Source: a virus (taxonomy: Duplodnaviria > Caudoviricetes). Taken from it: a stretch of 63,711 nt of DNA. The stretch spans positions 1-63,711 of IMG/VR virus record IMGVR_UViG_3300021976_000012; one strand, 5' to 3'. Shown here piece after piece: positions 57,715 to 63,711 of this stretch. The position numbers were made by a program, and so were the translations under genes. The number at the start of each line of letters is the position of its first letter. Positions within the stretch are counted from its first letter, which is position 1. The notes under the pieces are model-generated. The model ran no database searches, was not told where the DNA came from, and saw nothing but the letters and a program-made list of their open reading frames with translations.

Positions 57715-59124
57715 TCATGAGAAGTTCATATTCTGTGTGAAGTAACCTGTGGATGGCATATCAGTCATATCAGTAACGCCAGACATAGCTTCTGACAAAC
57801 TCATGGTGGCACCAAGTTTGAAGATGTGCATGAGTCCATACCGCAAAGCATCTAATGCATGGTCATCATACTTTTGTGCATCTTCTCTGGGACTTCGATT
57901 ATTCTTGCCAGAACTTGGTGCGGCAGCACGGTAATTGTTGAATTCTCGGATTAGGTCACCACAGGATGGGTCTACAAACAGCCAGGGCTCATCTAGTGGG
58001 GTTTCATATTCATCGGCGAACCCAATCGTCCGGGTCGACAAAAAACCTTTGACTAAATCAATGCCTTCTCGCCAGTTAGACTTAGACAACGGGTCAGATA
58101 TGCAAGGACCAAACTTAGCACAAACAGTAGCGGTAGCCTCAGGGTCGGCAGCATCACCGAAACATAGATTAATGTGGTAGCCTGGAGGTTGTACTCGTGC
58201 CTGCATCTCTTGTAAGAAGGTCTCAAGCCGAGTATGTGTCCTATAATGTAGACGCCAGACATGAATCCGATCCATAGGATCAACCTGGAACTCTACTGCT
58301 GCCATAGGGTTAACGAATCCCCAGTCAAATGCTATGTAGTTTCGCCACAATGGGTTGAATACATGCGGTTTAACGTGAGTAACTTCATCCCATTCAGAGT
58401 AAATCTTACCCATGAATGATGTGAAGTCAGCAGCAATTTCCTGTAGGAACCATTCTGCTGGCATTGTGCGCTCAAGTAGTAGAATTTCACTATCAGTTCT
58501 ACCACCAGGGTACACATGACTATTTTCCCAAGATGGAAAACGCCAAGATGCATAATCCTCAAACAGAGGGTTTCTACCTAGCTGCCATAAGTCGTGAATC
58601 CAGTTTTGTCCCTCGGGAGTGGTACTGAATGTGGCACTACCCCTCCGGTCTGCCAATGCTGGTCGAATGTATCTGTCCCAGGTTTCTTTGGTGTGCTTCG
58701 CAGCTTCGGCCATAATGACGTAATCAAGCGCGTCACCAACCAGAGTTTCAGGTCTGTCAGCACTTCGCACTTCCAGCCGTGTATTCCATGGAAATTCAAT
58801 GTACATGTCGCCGGCACGTTTGTTATATGCCTTTTTAATCGTCTTTTCTCGACCAAGTTTTAAGCCGACAACCATATCCTGCCAAATAACTCGGAACTCT
58901 TTCTCTCCCAAGTCATAGGTGGCACCACAAATCCAAACTCTTTTGTTTGGAACCATTAACAGAGGCTCAACTTCACGAGCACCCATGAATGTCTTGCCGA
59001 ATCGTCGACCACACACAGGAATCTTAAACCGTGCCCGAGATTCATGGAATAATAGCTGTCGAGAGTGAGGCTTATAACCTATCTTCTCAAAGTATTTGTA
59101 TTTGTCGACAGCTAAAGTGCTCAT
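57715..59124 (-). CDS. terL: terminase large subunit
   Basis: CGRRFGKT, VIMAEAA, STTPEG.NW, FDWGF, DDHALDALRY. Confidence 0.95.
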   Translation of the reverse strand: MSTLAVDKYKYFEKIGYKPHSRQLLFHESRARFKIPVCGRRFGKTFMGAREVEPLLMVPNKRVWICGATYDLGEKEFRVIWQDMVVGLKLGREKTIKKAYNKRAGDMYIEFPWNTRLEVRSADRPETLVGDALDYVIMAEAAKHTKETWDRYIRPALADRRGSATFSTTPEGQNWIHDLWQLGRNPLFEDYASWRFPSWENSHVYPGGRTDSEILLLERTMPAEWFLQEIAADFTSFMGKIYSEWDEVTHVKPHVFNPLWRNYIAFDWGFVNPMAAVEFQVDPMDRIHVWRLHYRTHTRLETFLQEMQARVQPPGYHINLCFGDAADPEATATVCAKFGPCISDPLSKSNWREGIDLVKGFLSTRTIGFADEYETPLDEPWLFVDPSCGDLIREFNNYRAAAPSSGKNNRSPREDAQKYDDHALDALRYGLMHIFKLGATMSLSEAMSGVTDMTDMPSTGYFTQNMNFS

Positions 59125-59333
59125 ATCACACCAAGAATGTTATTGCAATGAACATGAACCCTAATAACATTAAGTTAACTCGACTGATAACAGTTGGTGA
59201 ACCATCCTGCCGTGTAGAACCACCAAAAAGTGCACCAATGCCGAAGCAAATCGCTGCAAAAAGCCATAATACCCAGTCAATATTAACAGTCATCGCGGGC
59301 CTCCTCTAAGTTAAACCACCACAGGGTGCGCTT

Positions 59334-59606
59334 TTAGTTAATAATGTACCAATCTTCTGCTAGTAAATCTCCCATAGATGGTACCCATGGAACGAAAACG
59401 CCTTCTGCATTCAGCAGCATAAGGTAAGGGCTGAATCTACATGTTGTACCTTCAGACATACCAGTTGCTTCAGCAGTGTTTTTGTTAATCGCAATACCAT
59501 TGGGGTAACCCTTTTGGTACATAACGAATTGTCCAGTTGCATTCCAATTTATGCGACTTAGTTGTTTTCCATTCTTCAATTCAGTTAATGCAAAACTAAA
59601 ATCCAT
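59334..59606 (-). CDS. tad2: DUF2829 / Tad2-like anti-defence sponge
   Basis: F..AL..LK.G....R..WN, PYL, FVPW.PS..DLLAEDW. Confidence 0.8.
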   Translation of the reverse strand: MDFSFALTELKNGKQLSRINWNATGQFVMYQKGYPNGIAINKNTAEATGMSEGTTCRFSPYLMLLNAEGVFVPWVPSMGDLLAEDWYIIN

Positions 59607-59910
59607 CAGTCAATCCTAGTTCTTTCGCTCGGTTCCAAATAACACAGTTGTACTCGGGGTCACCTTCACGCCAAATGCGACCTAAACTACCATCACAGGC
59701 ATAGCATCTGACAATGTACTGGTCAGCACTCATTGCGAATACGTCTTTTTCTTTAGCTGTTTTATGTTGTCGCACTAAAGCTTTGAGAAAATTCGCAACG
59801 TCATCATCTAAAACATGCACTTCAAATGCTCCCATCGCGGCCCCGGCATCCGGTATCAGCATTTGGTCAATGGTAATTTTCCGTCTTTCCTTCCAACTCA
59901 CCGTCTTCAT
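59596..59910 (-). CDS. hypothetical protein
   Basis: 104-aa ORF with CYAC. Confidence 0.6.
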   Translation of the reverse strand: MKTVSWKERRKITIDQMLIPDAGAAMGAFEVHVLDDDVANFLKALVRQHKTAKEKDVFAMSADQYIVRCYACDGSLGRIWREGDPEYNCVIWNRAKELGLTDGF

Positions 59911-59928
59911 CTGGACGCCGAGTCGAGT

Positions 59929-60066
59929 TTACTTGCCTTTTTTAGGTGGTGCTGCCTTTTTAGCAGGAGCACTCTTTTTCCCAGCCTTAGTATCAATGTC
60001 GGGAGGAGCACTTACTGGTGCATTAGCCGGCTTTCCTTTGCCAGCTTTCTTTGGTGGAAATACCAT
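59929..60066 (-). CDS. 45-aa Lys/Ala/Pro-rich peptide
   Basis: MVFPPKKAGKGK...PAKKAAPPKKGK; RBS present. Confidence 0.65.
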   Translation of the reverse strand: MVFPPKKAGKGKPANAPVSAPPDIDTKAGKKSAPAKKAAPPKKGK

Positions 60067-60079
60067 TTCCCTTCACTCC

Positions 60080-60289
60080 CTACATAGGAACATAACATGG
60101 GTAAGTTTTTACTGCTGGGTCTAAACGCCGTACCAGTGCAGCAAAAGTCTGGGCACCAGCATGTCCAACTCGAACATTAACTGTCTGCCCAGATACTATT
60201 CCAGTTACCACACCAGGACGGACTTTAATTTTACTACCAGAAACATACATAACTTGAACGTGGTTATTAACCACTGCTGTCCAGGCCAT
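60080..60289 (-). CDS. small beta protein
   Basis: coupled to the upstream ORF. Confidence 0.6.
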   Translation of the reverse strand: MAWTAVVNNHVQVMYVSGSKIKVRPGVVTGIVSGQTVNVRVGHAGAQTFAALVRRLDPAVKTYPCYVPM

Positions 60290-60405
60290 TATTTTGCCTT
60301 CTTTTTCACCACTTTGGCTGGCGTAGCCTTTTTAACAGGCGCTTTCTTTCCAGATATACTCTTATCAATATGAGTTTCACCAGACCCATTTCCAGAGTAT
60401 GCCAT
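60289..60405 (-). CDS. 38-aa Lys-rich peptide
   Basis: MAYSG...KKAPVKKATPAKVVKKKAK. Confidence 0.6.
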   Translation of the reverse strand: MAYSGNGSGETHIDKSISGKKAPVKKATPAKVVKKKAK

Positions 60406-60406
60406 A

Positions 60407-60919
60407 TTAAATCCTCTGGTATTGTCCGGCACCAAGACCTGGCAGAACACCAGTTACCTGTGGGTGTCCAGCATATGGGCTTCTAAAAGTCACGTTGAAG
60501 TCCGTATTCGGAGCTGCACCAGCAGCAGCATCAGCACCAGTGTCAGTATATATAACCGTTGGCGCCGTAAGGGTATTGAGCAGTAGAAACGTACCACCAG
60601 TACGACCATAAATCTTATACGACGTCGCACCAACAACAGTAGCAACAGTCAGCACCACGCTGCTAGTTCCACCAGATGCCACATAAGCATTCGACGCAGC
60701 GCTCAGTGCACTCTCCACACCATTTTTGACATAAGTGTTCTTGTAAGTATAAGTTGCTGCTGCTAAAGTACCACCCGTTCCGCTACCAACAGCTACAGGA
60801 GCGGCAGGTGCATCTCCCTGGCCACCACTTACAATGACCGCCATACTTTCCATATTAGCCCGACGGTAAATAACATTATCTCCGGCTAAAGCTCTCTTTA
60901 CAGCCATTTTCCCTCCCAT
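60407..60919 (-). CDS. Ig/FN3-like virion protein
   Basis: GGTL.A.TY.Y...GA.SYKIY resembles the tail tube insert. Confidence 0.7.
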   Translation of the reverse strand: MGGKMAVKRALAGDNVIYRRANMESMAVIVSGGQGDAPAAPVAVGSGTGGTLAAATYTYKNTYVKNGVESALSAASNAYVASGGTSSVVLTVATVVGATSYKIYGRTGGTFLLLNTLTAPTVIYTDTGADAAAGAAPNTDFNVTFRSPYAGHPQVTGVLPGLGAGQYQRI

Positions 60920-61021
60920 CGATACATTTAAATATGGCCCCCTATAAACCTAGGGCACCACAGGGGTCAGCTTCTATTACAACAATCAAACATAAGCAGC
61001 CTTTCGACTGCCTATGTTCAA

Positions 61022-61369
61022 TTACTGACGCTTGATGAAGCCTTCGGCCTCTACCACGACATCATCATAGATGTCATCCCAAGCATGTTTGCCATCTACT
61101 GCCATTGCACGCTCGGCAGGTCCCATTGTACGTTCAACAATGAACTTTGCAGCGTTAAGTCTTATAACTTCGGTCTCGGAGTAAGTTGCTAAGTGTGAAA
61201 TAGCCATGACCGCAACTGGTAGGTTTTCCTCAAAAAGTCTCTTAGCAATCATTTGCGGAGTATCAGTTCCTGCTAGTGCTCGCTCCATAGTCAGGTTCCG
61301 CAGTGCACTTATCGGGTCCCAACTAGGGTCAACAGGAGGGGGAGCATCAGGGTTACTCTGATCGGACAT
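61022..61369 (-). CDS. terminase small subunit candidate
   Basis: first gene of the late operon; helical, E..RL.AA..I.ER; GGAGG RBS. Confidence 0.55.
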   Translation of the reverse strand: MSDQSNPDAPPPVDPSWDPISALRNLTMERALAGTDTPQMIAKRLFEENLPVAVMAISHLATYSETEVIRLNAAKFIVERTMGPAERAMAVDGKHAWDDIYDDVVVEAEGFIKRQ

Positions 61370-61509
61370 GGATTCACCTCCTAAGAGTCCTCAACATCAG
61401 AGTACTACCGGGGGAGTATATGGTCAAGACCTTCCAACCTGTCGACATCTTGACGGTTTTCTATACTTATGCATATCTCCACTTGTTGTATGCTTTCTAA
61501 TTTTAGTAC

Positions 61510-61538
61510 TTGACAGTTCACTAACGATGTGATACACT
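61510..61538 (+). promoter_or_regulatory. promoter giving a leaderless transcript
   Basis: TTGACA-N17-TACACT; 7-nt gap to ATG 61546. Confidence 0.75.
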
Positions 61539-61545
61539 TGGATGT

Positions 61546-62172
61546 ATGGACATTCCAATATATGATAAGAGTTTCCAGCAAACAATTTTTTGTAAAATCG
61601 ATGATGCAGATTATAATATGATTAAGGACGGTGAGTTATATGCCATTACTAATAGTTTTGGATATCAGGTTGTGATGATTAAATTGAATGGTTTAAAAGG
61701 TGTTCTGGCTAGGTATCTATTAGATGCTACCAAAGGACAACTGGTTGATCACAAGAATTTGGACACCTTAGATAATCGTAGAGAAAATATCAGAATAGCA
61801 ACTGTGGGACAGAATTCTGCCAATAGATCAATCTCAAGAGCAAATAAAACAGGTTTTAAAGGTATAGTCGGTGTGAGTGGAAAATGGTATGCACAAATTA
61901 CTGTTAATTATAGAAAAATACGTATTGGTGGGTGGATAGATCCAGAAGATGCTGCTAAGGCATATGATGTCCTTGCCATTAAATATTTTGGGGAGTTCGC
62001 CAGAACTAATTTTCCGCTTGAGTCTCTAGTAGATGTCGTTATCCCTACTGTTGAACATCATGAACGGTTACACTTATGCAAAATATGCACTGAAATTTTC
62101 TTATATAATGGGAGGGGGAGACCAAGGTACTGTGACAGGTGCAGAAAGATTCCTGTTCATAGTGACATATAA
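61546..62172 (+). CDS. HNH-AP2 homing endonuclease with a C-terminal zinc ribbon
   Basis: VDHKNLDTLDNRRENIR, GFKG, W.AQI, AAKAYD, CKIC..YCDRC. Confidence 0.9.
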   Translation: MDIPIYDKSFQQTIFCKIDDADYNMIKDGELYAITNSFGYQVVMIKLNGLKGVLARYLLDATKGQLVDHKNLDTLDNRRENIRIATVGQNSANRSISRANKTGFKGIVGVSGKWYAQITVNYRKIRIGGWIDPEDAAKAYDVLAIKYFGEFARTNFPLESLVDVVIPTVEHHERLHLCKICTEIFLYNGRGRPRYCDRCRKIPVHSDI

Positions 62173-62750
62173 TTTTTCTATTACTATGTAAATTTACTAA
62201 CACTCATTTTACTTCAAGATGTTCCTGAGAGGTACCACCATATCATACTTTGTCCTATTTTGTCTAATATAGTTGATTTTTCGTGATAAATGACTTTTTG
62301 TCCGATTTATACCATATGTCGCCCATGTCCGATATATCGTGATATAGTGGGTGACCCATATGTCCGGATATGTCCGATATATCGTGATATATCCTTACAA
62401 TAGCCACTGTGATCTACGTCACAGTCCGGTTTGTACGGATATATCATGATATATCCGATTTGTCGGCACGTCGCGTGTCATGATATGTCCGATATGTCCG
62501 ATATATCGTGATATAGTGGGTGTGACAAATGTCACAGTGGCTTTTGTACGGAAATGTCCGGATATAGTACGATATGACATATCGTATATATCGGACATGT
62601 CCGACATGCCCCAAATGTCGCCCCTTTTGCCCTAGAGTATCCACATATGTCCGATTTATCAGCATATAGCACCATTTAGTAGGGCAAAAGGGCACCCTGA
62701 TATAGTACGATATGTCCGGATATATCCGACATATCAGCCTAACCGCGACA

Positions 62751-62759
62751 TGGTATAAT
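62751..62759 (+). promoter_or_regulatory. extended -10 promoter element
   Basis: TGGTATAAT near the point where repeat orientation shifts. Confidence 0.5.
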
Positions 62760-62957
62760 TAGGGTGTACCAGGGCAATACGGACATAGAGGGCGAGACGG
62801 AAATGTCGGAAATTTCCGATAAACCGGAGAAATCCCCTCAAATCGTAACTTAATAACTCAAAAGTGGAAATACCGGACAAAGCCCCTTATGTCGCTCCTA
62901 TCCGACATGTCCGAAATGTACGATAAATCGGATAAATCGGACAAAGTAGGAGAAGTC

Positions 62958-63077
62958 ATGAAAAATCTCACGATAGTACGCCTTAGCACGGTAAATCGGC
63001 TTAAAGCGTGGCCTTTCGCGATTTTCACCGGTAAAAAGTACTATGCGGGTGGAAATTACCGTAAAAGCGGTATTTAG
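62958..63077 (+). CDS. 39-aa basic peptide in a repeat-flanked cassette
   Basis: AGGAG RBS then ATG 62958. Confidence 0.5.
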   Translation: MKNLTIVRLSTVNRLKAWPFAIFTGKKYYAGGNYRKSGI

Positions 63078-63187
63078 TACTAAAGCGTGATAAATCGGAC
63101 ATGTCGGACAGAAGCGACATAAGCGGCAAATCGGAAATATACCCCTTATCCGGCATGTCCGACAAATCGGACAAAAGAGGACATGCC

Positions 63188-63403
63188 ATGACAAAAGATG
63201 AGAAATACGTCGATATCATGCTATTGCTGGTAATATCAGGCGAAAGCGTGAACAGTCATACTAAAGACTGCGATATCTGCCTAAACTACGAAGTATCCGG
63301 ACAAAGTGACCTATATACGCTTAAATGCGGCGATGGTTGGCTATTGCGGCATGATCTAGGACTTATCGTAGAAAAAGCGGACAAAGTACTCGGTATCATC
63401 TAA
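63188..63403 (+). CDS. 71-aa H/C metal-motif protein in a repeat-flanked cassette
   Basis: AGAGG RBS; H...CDIC...C. Confidence 0.6.
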   Translation: MTKDEKYVDIMLLLVISGESVNSHTKDCDICLNYEVSGQSDLYTLKCGDGWLLRHDLGLIVEKADKVLGII

Positions 63404-63711
63404 TACCATGACAAATCGGACATGTCGGACAAAGGGTATATTTCCGAACAAAACCGTCCAAATTAGGACAAATCCGGACATGTCATGACATTTCATGACA
63501 TAACTGGAGGAGCGTGAGCGTGTCCTAAATAATTGGAAATAACCCAAAAAGTCGGTGACTTTCCAATTTGCCCGAATTTTTCCCAAAAAATCCCTTTTAT
63601 GGGGAGGGGGAGGGGTATGGGGGGTTTTGAGGGGTTTGTATGGCTCTCAGAGGGTATGTCCGACAAATCGGACATAGGGAGATATCATGGCTACAAAGGA
63701 CAACACGCCCA

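Larger units (their letters stand above)
62290..63680. repeat. dense GTCCGA/TCGGAC repeat region
   Basis: 29-bp direct repeat 62325-62353/62494-62522; 19-bp repeat 63092-63110/63413-63431; several palindromes. Confidence 0.85.

Noticed and set aside
62419-63675. ORFs rich in MSD/MSDLSD on both strands
   Set aside because: Translations of the ATGTCCGA repeats with no RBS
62290-63680. CRISPR array
   Set aside because: Repeats are short, irregularly spaced and in both orientations; no constant-length spacers and no cas operon (the Cas4-like gene sits in a recombination module)
1-63711. Stop-codon reassignment or suppressor tRNA
   Set aside because: Core genes are uninterrupted in code 11, and no tRNA with a CTA, TTA or TCA anticodon in a 7-nt loop was found

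Overview
A 63.7-kb segment of a low-GC (about 40% by eye) long-tailed dsDNA phage. Gene content, TTGACA-N17-TANNNT promoters and leaderless starts point to an actinobacterial host (inference). Layout: (1) 1-12.3 kb (+): about 15 canonical tRNA genes interleaved with small ORFs, a GH25 endolysin, Bro-N/P63C, cytidylyltransferase, SPFH and Fic genes, and about 7 structured non-canonical or tRNA-like RNAs. (2) 12.3-34.3 kb (+): DNA metabolism (ParB-like, SNF2 helicase, PD-(D/E)XK exonuclease, RNase AS-like, Sak4, SSB, primase, UDG-PolA fusion, RuvC-like, MazG-like, HNH-AP2). (3) 34.3-61.4 kb (-): morphogenesis (TerL, Mu-like portal and protease, capsid, tail tube, frameshifted chaperones, tape measure, Dit, minor tails, holin-like genes) with Tad2-like and ART-like cargo. 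(4) 62.2-63.7 kb: a dense GTCCGA/TCGGAC repeat region with small repeat-flanked gene cassettes. Main finding: eight tRNA genes are followed by an ORF whose start codon begins at tRNA position 75 (76 for Asn), leaving no spacer for an RBS, and several other tRNAs are followed at the same position by structured RNAs. This suggests a mitochondria-like tRNA-punctuation system in which tRNA processing releases leaderless mRNAs and ncRNAs. All family calls are motif recognition by eye; no searches were run.
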